Below are positions 9,437 through 19,229 of a stretch of DNA of 64,000 nucleotides, in pieces. Position 1 is the stretch's first letter; each line of letters starts with the position of its first letter. Source of the DNA: Methanobacteriota archaeon (GTDB taxonomy: Archaea; Thermoplasmatota; Poseidoniia; Poseidoniales; Poseidoniaceae); the NCBI GenBank assembly GCA_002720275.1, contig PBHR01000001.1, forward strand, positions 10,126 through 74,125. The letters are read 5' to 3'. Position numbers and translations under genes: made by a program. Under the pieces are notes generated by a model. That model was not told the origin of the DNA. It ran no database searches and saw only the letters and a list, made by a program, of their open reading frames with translations.

Positions 9437-10231
9437 TTATATCGAGATTGGAGCTTTGATGTGTGGGTGATGTTCATAATCTAAAATTATAAAATCATCA
9501 AATTTAAATTCATCAATATTTGTTATGTTTTTATTAATTTCAATTTTTGGTAATTTCTTTGGAGTTCTACTTAATTGTATCTTAGTTTGTTCTATATGGT
9601 TTTTGTATAGGTGTGCATCTCCAAGAGTATGTACGAATTCTCCAGGCTTTAGATTGGTAATTTGAGCCATCATTAATGTCAATAGACTATATGATGCAAT
9701 ATTGAATGGGACTCCAAGAAAAACATCTGCACTTCTTTGGTAAAGTTGACAAGATAATTTCCCATCAGCGACATAAAACTGGAAAAATGCATGACAAGGC
9801 ATCAAGGCCATTTCATCTAATTCTCCAACATTCCAAGCACTAACAATAATTCTTCTTGAATTTGGATTGTTTTTAATTGCCTCAATTGCATTTTCTACTT
9901 GGTCAATTATTTCACCCTCTTTTGATTCCCATTTCCTCCATTGTTGACCATAAACGGGTCCTAGGTCGCCTTCTTCATCAGCCCATTCATTCCAAATACG
10001 CACGCCATTTTCTTGGAGATATTCAACATTCGTGTCGCCTTTTAGAAACCATAATAATTCATGAATAATCGATTTCAAATGAAGTTTTTTAGTTGTAACC
10101 ATTGGAAATCCTTTTGACAAATCAAACCTCATTTGGTGTCCAAAAACGGAAATAGTCCCCGTCCCTGTACGGTCTTCTTTAGCAATTCCTTCGTCAAGAA
10201 TACGCTGCATTAGTTCGAGATACTGCTCCAT
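9437..10231 (-). CDS. thyA: Thymidylate synthase ThyA
   Basis: [29 protein letters not shown], active-site region [15 protein letters not shown]-terminal [11 protein letters not shown]-like tail. Confidence 0.9.
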   Translation of the reverse strand: MEQYLELMQRILDEGIAKEDRTGTGTISVFGHQMRFDLSKGFPMVTTKKLHLKSIIHELLWFLKGDTNVEYLQENGVRIWNEWADEEGDLGPVYGQQWRKWESKEGEIIDQVENAIEAIKNNPNSRRIIVSAWNVGELDEMALMPCHAFFQFYVADGKLSCQLYQRSADVFLGVPFNIASYSLLTLMMAQITNLKPGEFVHTLGDAHLYKNHIEQTKIQLSRTPKKLPKIEINKNITNIDEFKFDDFIILDYEHHPHIKAPISI

Positions 10232-10273
10232 GTTCTTGCAGTGTTAGTTGTCCGAAGTCAATTAAGTATTTCG

Positions 10274-11059
10274 TCAAACGGCACCCATATTTTTCAAAGT
10301 ATTCATGAATTGATCTGTAAATCTTCTATACAAACCGCTTAATTTTTGTTTCTGCTTTTCAGGACTTTGATTCACTAGTTCATTTAGTTCATCTTCATTT
10401 AAATTACCACCTTTTTCGTGAAAAATCCATTCTTTCCATGTAATTCCTTTTCCAAAGTGAAATGTTACAGGTTTCCAAAATCTAGGGAATTTATGTGCTT
10501 TAGGTTGCATAAAATCTCTTGTGCCCTCACAAACTACGGGCACAATTAATACATCTGGGTAAGATGCTGCTAATCTCGCAATTCCTGTTTTTCCTTTTCC
10601 TAGAAATGGTGGCTCAGTATTTCTAGATCTTGTTCCTTCTGGGAAAATACCCATACATTTCCCTCTTTCTAGAATACCACTTGCTGTAGATAATGCTTCA
10701 CCTCCACCTTTTTCTCTAACAGTCTTTATTTGTCCTGTTGAAGATACTACAAAACGAGTTAGGAATCTTTCAAAATGTTCATGCTTAGCTAAAAAATGAA
10801 GTTTTCTTCTTGAGCCCGCAATCATGAAAAGAGGGTCAACATGTGAGAGGTGATTTGAAGCAAAAATAACAGGGCCCTTTTTTGGAATATTATTAATTCC
10901 AGTAAAATTTGCAGGGAAGAGTGAACGAAATACTTGACCTAAAACTAATCTTAGAAATGAGTATATTGGCGTGCTTAGGTTTTTGAAATTATAGGGTTTT
11001 ATTTTTATCATTTTTGTTAATTTTTTTAATGCTGAATTCTCGATATTTTCAGAACCCAT
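10274..11059 (-). CDS. plsC: 1-acyl-sn-glycerol-3-phosphate acyltransferase family (PlsC-like)
   Basis: HX4D motif FASNHLSHVDP and FPEGTRS motif. Confidence 0.75.
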   Translation of the reverse strand: MGSENIENSALKKLTKMIKIKPYNFKNLSTPIYSFLRLVLGQVFRSLFPANFTGINNIPKKGPVIFASNHLSHVDPLFMIAGSRRKLHFLAKHEHFERFLTRFVVSSTGQIKTVREKGGGEALSTASGILERGKCMGIFPEGTRSRNTEPPFLGKGKTGIARLAASYPDVLIVPVVCEGTRDFMQPKAHKFPRFWKPVTFHFGKGITWKEWIFHEKGGNLNEDELNELVNQSPEKQKQKLSGLYRRFTDQFMNTLKNMGAV

Positions 11060-11146
11060 ATTTGTTCTTTATAATCATAGGTTTTTACCTTTTTTGTGAT
11101 TGTCATACATAGATACAATTTTCATACTATTTTCAGTAGAAGGCAC

Positions 11147-12415
11147 ATGGCAGAATCATCACAACCTTCCCGGGTGGTTGCAATTGTTGTTTTATGCCTA
11201 TTATTGTTACCAATTACCTTACCTTTGGCGGGCGCTTCCTCTGAATGGGAAGAAGATGGATGGTTAGATGCAGATTGGTTTACTAAAGATGGAAGGATTG
11301 CTTCTGGAGATGAATTAGGTTGTCAAGGTATGCCCGCATTAAATCTTGAATTAATGCCAAAAACTACTGCAATGGAATGTAGGCAATACTTGATGGAAAG
11401 AACAAATGCATCACGTTGGGGAGATTCACCACTTTCTTTTGGCGTAGATATGCTTGAGAATCCAAATTTTGATTCAAGCGATCATGAGGCCTTATTTGAA
11501 GAAGGTTTTGCAGTACACGGTTTGGATACTAATTTTGAAAATACAGTTTGGCATCATGCAACAGATTTCCCTAAGAATAATTCAGACTGGTGGAATTTAG
11601 GTTCGAGTGGTAGTTTGGAGCAAAAAATCACTCCATTAGATGAGATTATTGAATTGGCAAATCAGGGTGCTATGGTAAATTTACAATGGCAGGCACAAAT
11701 TGCTGATTTGAAAGTGCGTACAAATGGTGAACTTGTATCTTGGCTAGAATCTCAAAATGCTTGGTATACTGCCTGGGGAGAAGCATATTCGTATGAATTT
11801 CATAGGATGAATGATGATTTTAAGTTATTTTCTAGCACAGCAAAAGAATGGAATGTTGTTAATGAGGGCAGTTTGATTGAAACAGCGGCTTGGGATGTTC
11901 CTATTACTAGAGGGGTAGACATTAGGAATAATTCGGTAGAGGAAATAACGATTGACGGTTTTGAATTAAAAGAGTTAAGTCTGATTAACAAGACACTTGA
12001 ACAAGGTTGGAGACAAGAGGAAGGGATTTTATGGATTACTTTACAAAGTGGTCAAAATGCTACAATATTAATGGAGAATGACTCTGAAATAGATCTATTC
12101 GGGTTTAATGTATGTGAAAATGGTGCGAATTTTGATTTTGACGATTGTGCTTTACTGGTAAAGCCAAGATATTTCAATAATCATTCATGGGCTTTAACAA
12201 TTTCAGGACATCATACAATTGATTTGTTTAAATGGTCAATGAAGTTTGATGAATCACCATTAGTTTTTACTTGGTTAGTAGAACCTCAAGAGGTTGAAGA
12301 TTTTAGTTGGATTTTGATTGTTATCGCTGCTGGGGCGGGAATTGGAGCAGTAACATATTCTCGACATTTAATTTTAAGAGATCAAAGTGAACAAAATTTA
12401 GAAGAATCAGAATGA
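11147..12415 (+). CDS. Secreted protein with C-terminal membrane anchor, hypothetical
   Basis: Signal peptide VVAIVVLCLLLLPITLPLAGASS after the internal ATG. C-terminal TM FSWILIVIAAGAGIGAVTYS. Confidence 0.45.
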   Translation: MAESSQPSRVVAIVVLCLLLLPITLPLAGASSEWEEDGWLDADWFTKDGRIASGDELGCQGMPALNLELMPKTTAMECRQYLMERTNASRWGDSPLSFGVDMLENPNFDSSDHEALFEEGFAVHGLDTNFENTVWHHATDFPKNNSDWWNLGSSGSLEQKITPLDEIIELANQGAMVNLQWQAQIADLKVRTNGELVSWLESQNAWYTAWGEAYSYEFHRMNDDFKLFSSTAKEWNVVNEGSLIETAAWDVPITRGVDIRNNSVEEITIDGFELKELSLINKTLEQGWRQEEGILWITLQSGQNATILMENDSEIDLFGFNVCENGANFDFDDCALLVKPRYFNNHSWALTISGHHTIDLFKWSMKFDESPLVFTWLVEPQEVEDFSWILIVIAAGAGIGAVTYSRHLILRDQSEQNLEESE

Positions 12416-13477
12416 TTCAGTAATCTTGACACCTTCGTCAGTTAGCTTTTTTGTGATTCTATTGGTTAATCCCTCTATTTTATGCAATTCTTCAGGGGCA
12501 AAAACACCATCTGGAATATTACCCTCTAGTATTTCATCTATAAAGCCAAGAGTGACTAATCCTGTTGTTCTAGCCATGGATGATGCATTTTTAGATCCAT
12601 TATCAAAAACAATCCATCTCTTTTTTGTTGTATTGTTTTCTGTAATGACGTCCAATATTGTAAACTCAGGTTTTTCTTTAAGATATTTCCATTCAGTAAT
12701 TAGTTTGGAAATCGTCTCAGCACGTTTATCTCCTTTCAACAACCCCTGTTTTTGAATTTCAACAAATTTTTCAATATGTCCAGGCCATCTAAGCGTATAT
12801 TCTGACATGTTTTTACATGATCCATAATCTAACAAACTTCTCAATCCGTCAGTCATAAATGCTTGTAGTGTGGTTATTCCCCCATTAACGATATTTTCGT
12901 AATCGATAGTATGTAGGTCTGAAATTGCAGGAACTTCTACATATCCAAAATTTTTAATTATTCTTGCGGGTCTTTCATATTCCTCAATTACATCTGAAGG
13001 ACTAAATGGCGCCATATAAGACCAATTATCATCAGGTTTAGATGGAATCCCGCCAACTCTAATTTTACAAGTTTCTAAATCCCCTATTTCTTCAATGGCT
13101 TTTGCAATTAATAGATTAGAATAACCTGGGGCAATACCAACGTCATAAACTAACTTACAATTGTTGTTTTTAGCCAAAGTATCATATTTTCTTGGGTCTT
13201 CAATTGTAAATGCCAAATCTACAACATCTAGTTTTTTATTTAGCAAAATTTCTCTAACTGAATTTCCTATTTGGCCAGGTAGCATATTAATAATAAGTGG
13301 ACTTCCTTCAATCTTTTTTACAAATTCTAGAGCATCAGTAATTTTTGTAATACATTTCCCTTGAAGGCTTTCAGGAATTTCTAAACCGATTACGGTTAAA
13401 TCGTGATCATCATCAATTAATTTGGAGATGACGTATTCTCCCACTAAACCACATCCTAGTGCGACGATTTCTGCCAT
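12407..13477 (-). CDS. Saccharopine dehydrogenase-family NAD(P)-binding protein (possibly carboxynorspermidine/homospermidine-type)
   Basis: N-terminal Rossmann AEIVALGCGLVGEYV, overall saccharopine-DH-like layout. Function not resolvable from sequence alone. Confidence 0.5.
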   Translation of the reverse strand: MAEIVALGCGLVGEYVISKLIDDDHDLTVIGLEIPESLQGKCITKITDALEFVKKIEGSPLIINMLPGQIGNSVREILLNKKLDVVDLAFTIEDPRKYDTLAKNNNCKLVYDVGIAPGYSNLLIAKAIEEIGDLETCKIRVGGIPSKPDDNWSYMAPFSPSDVIEEYERPARIIKNFGYVEVPAISDLHTIDYENIVNGGITTLQAFMTDGLRSLLDYGSCKNMSEYTLRWPGHIEKFVEIQKQGLLKGDKRAETISKLITEWKYLKEKPEFTILDVITENNTTKKRWIVFDNGSKNASSMARTTGLVTLGFIDEILEGNIPDGVFAPEELHKIEGLTNRITKKLTDEGVKITESF

Positions 13478-13627
13478 AACAAGAATTGTAAAGCACTTGT
13501 TTATTGACTTATGTATTTTGGAAATTAAATAACTTCTAGAAATTCAAATTTACTACATAATAGTACATTTTATTATTTTTCGCGTAGAAGTCTTGATTTC
13601 CTATAACGTTGGCGGAGGGTTGAGAAT

Positions 13628-14998
13628 ATGGGCGAAAACATTCGAATTGATCCTTGGTCATCATCCCAATCAACGGATTACCAAAGGATAATAGATCAAT
13701 TTGGTTTAGAATCTATTGATTCTAGAAGTCTTCCTAATCCCTCTATGCTTCATCGTAGAAAAATTGTATTTGCTCATAGAGATTTGGATGTAATACTTAG
13801 GGCTAATTCAAAAGGTAATTCTTTTGGAGTTTTGACTGGATTAATGCCTTCTGGGAAGATGCATTTAGGTCACAAAATGGTCATTGATCAAGTTAGATGG
13901 TTTCAAGACTTAGGTGCAGATGTTACAATTGCAGTTGCAGATTTAGAAGCCCATGCAACAAGAGGACTATCGCTTGAAGAGTGTAGGAAAAATGCTTTGG
14001 AAGAATATGTTTCTAATTATGCAGCAATGGGGTTAGATCCCGAGAAAACAAAAATATATTTTCAATCCAAAAGACCCATAGTTCAAAGGATAGGATTTAC
14101 TCTTGGTAAAAAAACAAATTTGTCAGAAATGGAGGCTATTTATGGATTTAATGGAGAAACTAATCTTGCCCATGTTCAAGCACCATTGGTTCAGGTTGGG
14201 GATATTGTTCATCCAATGTTAGATGAGTACGGTGGTTTAAGACCAATTGTTGTTCCAGTTGGAATAGATCAAGACCCACATATTAGATTGACAAGGGGTT
14301 TAACCTCAAAGTCAAATTGGTTTAATCTAAAATATGGAAAAAAAGGAGGAATTAACATCTCTTTATCCATTCAAGATGAAAATTCAGGATTGATGGGTAT
14401 TTCCCCGGACGGTAAATTAAATAGAGGAGTAAGGGAGGAATTATTTTCAGAAATCTCAACAAATTTGTCAGGTATTGGTTTTTCTGATTTAATCAAAAAC
14501 CCAAAACATGGAACTTTAGGAATTCCTTCTGCAACAATAGCTGACTACGATGATGTAAAATCAGTATTACTAAAATTAGAACGCAAAATGGGGGGTTTGG
14601 GGTTATTGCAGCCTGCTAGCACATATCACAAATTTGCAGTTGGTATGACTGGGGATAAAATGAGTTCAAGTAAGCCGAATACTACTATATTCCTTACAGA
14701 TGATTTTAAGACTATTGAAAAGAAAATAAAATCTGCATTTTCAGGAGGCAAATCTACAATTGAAGAACATCGACTACATGGAGGGAATCCAGATATAGAT
14801 GTTGCTTATCAGTATTTGATGTATTTTTTTGAAGAAGACGATGAGACTCTAAAGGAATTAAATGAAGGTTATCGTTCGGGTAAAATTTTGGCAGGAGAAA
14901 TGAAACAAATTTGTGTTGAAAGAGCTACTGAATGGATGAAAGAACATCAAGAATTAAAACAACAAAATGCACATATGGTTGATGCATACTTGTCTTAA
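13628..14998 (+). CDS. trpS: Tryptophanyl-tRNA synthetase (archaeal/eukaryotic type), with long internal insertion
   Basis: HIGH-like PSGKMHLGH and KMSKS-like KMSSSKP. About 100-aa insertion between the catalytic core and KMSSS. Confidence 0.7.
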   Translation: MGENIRIDPWSSSQSTDYQRIIDQFGLESIDSRSLPNPSMLHRRKIVFAHRDLDVILRANSKGNSFGVLTGLMPSGKMHLGHKMVIDQVRWFQDLGADVTIAVADLEAHATRGLSLEECRKNALEEYVSNYAAMGLDPEKTKIYFQSKRPIVQRIGFTLGKKTNLSEMEAIYGFNGETNLAHVQAPLVQVGDIVHPMLDEYGGLRPIVVPVGIDQDPHIRLTRGLTSKSNWFNLKYGKKGGINISLSIQDENSGLMGISPDGKLNRGVREELFSEISTNLSGIGFSDLIKNPKHGTLGIPSATIADYDDVKSVLLKLERKMGGLGLLQPASTYHKFAVGMTGDKMSSSKPNTTIFLTDDFKTIEKKIKSAFSGGKSTIEEHRLHGGNPDIDVAYQYLMYFFEEDDETLKELNEGYRSGKILAGEMKQICVERATEWMKEHQELKQQNAHMVDAYLS

Positions 14999-15042
14999 TT
15001 ACTGTAGATATGATTAAGTCATTCATATAATAACGTGTAACT

Positions 15043-18000
15043 ATGCAAATGAACTATTTACGAAGCAAACACAAAGCAATTTTGATTACGACTCTTTTTG
15101 TATTAGTTAGTCTTTCTACAGTTGTTGGAAGCCACGTTAATTCTGAAGAAAGCCGTTCTATAGGAAATGAGAACATTATGGTGACTGTACTTAGTGATCA
15201 TTATGATGAATTATCCTCAATTACAGTTGGTGCTGCTTTAACAGGATTAAATCCAAGTATTGATTATGATGTTGAATTAACAATTTGTTATGATATGGCA
15301 AATATTGGTAATTGGGAGAGCCCTTCCAATGGATTCACATACGATGATTATGATTGTGATGAACATATGATTGATTCTGAAATATATGATGCTGAAACGG
15401 ATGAATATCAAAATTATTTGTGGGGAGATGTAGTAGATGTTCCTGCAGGAGTTAATAGTTATGTTATTGCTAAAGCAATAGAATTTCAAAGAGATTCAGA
15501 CCTTCATCCTGACGATCTTGGAGAATTTACTTGTAATGATTCTTCAATAATTAATGATTGGTGGATGGTAAATGATGGGAATGCTGATTGTGTAGATGCT
15601 TCAGATGAAGGCTTTGATTATGATAATTGGCCAAGTGAAGTTATAGACGCATCGTATCACTATAATTGCACGGATTGGGAGTATTATGGCTGGGATCAAC
15701 CTTCATTACAATGGACTTGGTATCACTATGATGCTTGTGGAAGAGGTTACTATGTAATCGCCGAATTATTAGTTGGCGATTTCGAATTGGCTGATTCTTA
15801 TTCTAATTCTTTTGCAATCGGATATAGGGGTCACGTTGAATTCGATTCCTTAAGAGAATCAGCAATATTGTCCGGTATGGATTATGAATTTTCATTTGGA
15901 GCTTGTAAGCTGTTTTATTATATCACTGATTTAGTTGAATATGATTTAGATTATAGTGTGCAAAATTTAGATGACATGTCAATAACACATTCAGGAACAC
16001 ATTCACAAATTGACTCAAGATCTAAAACTACAAATTGTGTTTCTGATGAGTCAGTTGTCTTATCGGGACTTTCGGATGGCAACTATAGTTTAACAATTAG
16101 TTTAACACAAGAAGGTGTTTTATTAGAACAGTTTGTTCAGGATTTTTCTGTAGTTGATATTTACATATCTGGAACAGAGGAGTTGAGTATTTCAACACCT
16201 TGGGGACATCATTATAATTCAGAACTTCAGACATGGCCAGGGAGCACTTTTGGAGCGATGATTATACAAATAGATACAGAGAATCTTGAGTATTGGGGGT
16301 CATGGCTTGGTCATCCAATTACTCTTGATTTAAGATTATGTAAATATAGATCTTCATTCAGTTTTCCTTTAGCATCTTCAGGAACTACTTATGATGATTA
16401 TGGGCGATATTGTAATGATGCACAAAGGCCATTAATTTATGATGCTCAAAATGATACTTATGTTGAGGAGCCAGTATTCAATACTTATGAATTAACCGTG
16501 GGTGATATTATTAATGGTTGGTTTTGGTTACCTTTGTATTCAGAATATAATTCCTCCATTCACCCAAATAATCTTGGACAATTTACTTGTGATGATTCTT
16601 CAACAATTAATAATTGGTGGATGGTAAATGATGGGAATGCTGATTGTGTAGATGGTTCAGATGAAGGGTTTGATTATGCTGATTGGCCAAATGAAACAAT
16701 TTCTGCAAATCTCAATACTTATCAATCAGGTTATTGGATAGAAGGAACATTAAAATCAGGACCTTATGTTTTAGTTGATGCATTCTCAAATTCATTTGCA
16801 GTAGGAGATCAAGGTAGTATTCAATATCGTGCTTTACATCCTAATGGAGTCTTAAATGGGATGGATTATGAATTTGATATGAGAGCACGTTGGTTGTTTA
16901 GGTATATCGATACTTTAGTTAATTATGATTTGAACTATAGCGTTACAGATTCTAATTCCAATGTGGTTGCTAATGGAACACATTCTCAAATGGATTCAAG
17001 AGCTCTAACGACATGGGCTTCTGATTGGGAGACTTATTCCATTTCAGGACTAACTCCTGGTGATTATACTCTTGAAATTAATTTGATTGAAGAAGGTGAT
17101 GAAATACATACTTTCGAGCAGGATTTCTCAATAATTGATGAGATGCTTTCCAATGAGGAAGTAATTACCGTTTCAGTAGATTCTAATCATTATGGTGAAA
17201 ATGAGGATATTGAATTGACAGTATCATTGGATAATTTATATCCTGGAACAAATTATGATGTAAATTGGAATGTTTGTAGAGATGCGTTTGAGTTAGATGA
17301 ATTCCCAAATCCTGCTAATGGTACAATATTTGAGAGGTATGATTGTCCTAACTTTATAGGTAGTGGGCCTCAGATATATGATGCTTCAACAGATTCATAT
17401 TCCAATGCATGGGACATTTTACCTCCAGTTCCTGCTGGTTCTACATCTTATTCAGAAACAGTTACGATTCAATCAGAATATATTTCTCAAATTGATCCTT
17501 GGAATTTAGGTGATTATGAGTGTAATTCTGGGGATATGGTATCTATGGGTTGGACTTTAATTAATGATGGCGTTGCTGATTGTGCTGATGGTTCAGATGA
17601 AGGATTTGATTATGCAAATTGGCCAACAGAAAACATCCAAAATCCATTCTCTAATTATATTGAGCAAGAAGGTTTCTACATTGTAGCAGAAATTACTGTT
17701 GCTGGTTTTGAAGTTGTGGATGCATATACAGAATCATTTGCTGTAGGAGATATTGGATATATTGATGTTAGTTCAGATCACGAATCAGGAGTGCTTGCTG
17801 GAATGGATTACAAATTTTACTTCAGAGGTTGTGAGTTATTCCGTTACATCACAGTACCTGTTGATTATAACTTAGATTACTGGGTTTTTGATGATGTGAA
17901 TGGTTTGGTTACATCTGGTTCAAATCAGTTAATTGATTTAAGGTCAATTGATGATTATTGCTCTGATGGTGAATTGATTTCTATTTCAGGTTTAACAGTT

Positions 18001-19182
18001 GATCAAGGTAAAAGAAATAAGCATTATAGTTTGAAAATTATGCTAACCTCTGGAGGTAATGTAATTGATGAATTAAATCATGATTTTACAATTACAGATC
18101 CAATGGCCCCTAATGATGATGCAACATTAGATGTAATGGCTGTTACTGGTTTAAATGGCGTAGGTGTTGTGGATATATTAGTTGACGAAATGACTGCAGG
18201 TCAATTTTATGAGGTAGTTTATACAATTGGAATTGCAGGAGTACAGCCTGAGGTTGGTAATTATATCTTGATAGCTCCACCTACAACAGATGTTGAAACA
18301 ATTTCATTCCCTCATCTCTCTGATGGATATTATTGTATTAACGTAAAATTGATGATAAATAATTGGGAATTAAAATCAACATCTACCTGTTTTAGTCAGC
18401 AATCTACAATTGATTCAGATAATGATGGAATAAGAGATTTAGATGACAATTGCCCTGATGAAGATGCATCAATGGGCCCTGATGTAGATGGCGATGGTTG
18501 TATTGAGCACCCTGATTCAGATTTTGATGGATGGGATGATGTTGATGAGATTGAATGTGGAACAGATCCATTGTGGGAAGAAGAGTATCCATTTGACTTA
18601 GATGGCGATGGTATTTGTGATACTCTTGATACAGACACTGATGGAGACGGCGTTCCAGATTTAATTGAGATTAATGAGGGGACAGATCCTAATGATGACC
18701 AAAGTAAACCAAATGCTCCACCAATTTGTGATATTTATTATGCATTTGAAACATCAGGAATTGTTGTAGCAAACAATAATTTATTGGTTTCCGCAATTCC
18801 TTCAGGGATTCCAACAGTACCAACAAATTTAACAATCACATTACCAGAAGGAAATTATTACCTAATTGCAATGTGTAGTGATCCTGATGGAGATGTTGTT
18901 TCAGTTAACTTAAATGGACAAATGATTAATGCAACAGAGGCTACAGTTGGAGCTTTGGTGATTATGGCTCCAGATACTTCAGAAACTGTTGATTTAATGC
19001 TTTCTTATGGAGATGGTGCTAATTTCTTAGCCGCAATGATTACAGTAAATTTGGATGCGGGTTCTATAGTTCCTACTGTAACTGATGAAACTACAGGACA
19101 AGGAGTCCCTGGATTTACTGGTTTTATTGGAATTATTGCATTAATTGGAGCAACAATTTTTGGTAATCGAAAAAACGAGTAA
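15043..19182 (+). CDS. Giant secreted surface protein: signal peptide, three tandem ~300-aa repeats with LDLa-like Ca-binding motif, TSP3-like Asp repeats, PGF-CTERM anchor
   Basis: Signal peptide AILITTLFVLVSLSTVVGSHV. Motif NDGNADCVD(A/G)SDEGFDY occurs three times. DxDxDGxxDxxDNCP-like run DSDNDGIRDLDDNCPDEDA...DVDGDGC...DLDGDGICDTLDTDTDGDGVPD. C-terminus ...TTGQGVPGFTGFIGIIALIGATIFGNRKNE has PGF, a TM segment and a basic tail. Confidence 0.7.
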   Translation: MQMNYLRSKHKAILITTLFVLVSLSTVVGSHVNSEESRSIGNENIMVTVLSDHYDELSSITVGAALTGLNPSIDYDVELTICYDMANIGNWESPSNGFTYDDYDCDEHMIDSEIYDAETDEYQNYLWGDVVDVPAGVNSYVIAKAIEFQRDSDLHPDDLGEFTCNDSSIINDWWMVNDGNADCVDASDEGFDYDNWPSEVIDASYHYNCTDWEYYGWDQPSLQWTWYHYDACGRGYYVIAELLVGDFELADSYSNSFAIGYRGHVEFDSLRESAILSGMDYEFSFGACKLFYYITDLVEYDLDYSVQNLDDMSITHSGTHSQIDSRSKTTNCVSDESVVLSGLSDGNYSLTISLTQEGVLLEQFVQDFSVVDIYISGTEELSISTPWGHHYNSELQTWPGSTFGAMIIQIDTENLEYWGSWLGHPITLDLRLCKYRSSFSFPLASSGTTYDDYGRYCNDAQRPLIYDAQNDTYVEEPVFNTYELTVGDIINGWFWLPLYSEYNSSIHPNNLGQFTCDDSSTINNWWMVNDGNADCVDGSDEGFDYADWPNETISANLNTYQSGYWIEGTLKSGPYVLVDAFSNSFAVGDQGSIQYRALHPNGVLNGMDYEFDMRARWLFRYIDTLVNYDLNYSVTDSNSNVVANGTHSQMDSRALTTWASDWETYSISGLTPGDYTLEINLIEEGDEIHTFEQDFSIIDEMLSNEEVITVSVDSNHYGENEDIELTVSLDNLYPGTNYDVNWNVCRDAFELDEFPNPANGTIFERYDCPNFIGSGPQIYDASTDSYSNAWDILPPVPAGSTSYSETVTIQSEYISQIDPWNLGDYECNSGDMVSMGWTLINDGVADCADGSDEGFDYANWPTENIQNPFSNYIEQEGFYIVAEITVAGFEVVDAYTESFAVGDIGYIDVSSDHESGVLAGMDYKFYFRGCELFRYITVPVDYNLDYWVFDDVNGLVTSGSNQLIDLRSIDDYCSDGELISISGLTVDQGKRNKHYSLKIMLTSGGNVIDELNHDFTITDPMAPNDDATLDVMAVTGLNGVGVVDILVDEMTAGQFYEVVYTIGIAGVQPEVGNYILIAPPTTDVETISFPHLSDGYYCINVKLMINNWELKSTSTCFSQQSTIDSDNDGIRDLDDNCPDEDASMGPDVDGDGCIEHPDSDFDGWDDVDEIECGTDPLWEEEYPFDLDGDGICDTLDTDTDGDGVPDLIEINEGTDPNDDQSKPNAPPICDIYYAFETSGIVVANNNLLVSAIPSGIPTVPTNLTITLPEGNYYLIAMCSDPDGDVVSVNLNGQMINATEATVGALVIMAPDTSETVDLMLSYGDGANFLAAMITVNLDAGSIVPTVTDETTGQGVPGFTGFIGIIALIGATIFGNRKNE
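15283..18118 (+). repeat. Three tandem intragenic repeats (about 870-1050 nt each) inside the giant surface-protein gene
   Basis: Protein-level repeats begin near aa 80, 433 and 745. The segments around 15561 and 16616 (tggtggatggtaaatgatgggaatgctgattgtgtagatg...) are nearly identical at nucleotide level. Confidence 0.6.
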
Positions 19183-19229
19183 AATAATTGATATTACAGA
19201 TTAAATATTATTAATTTTTAGAATTAATA

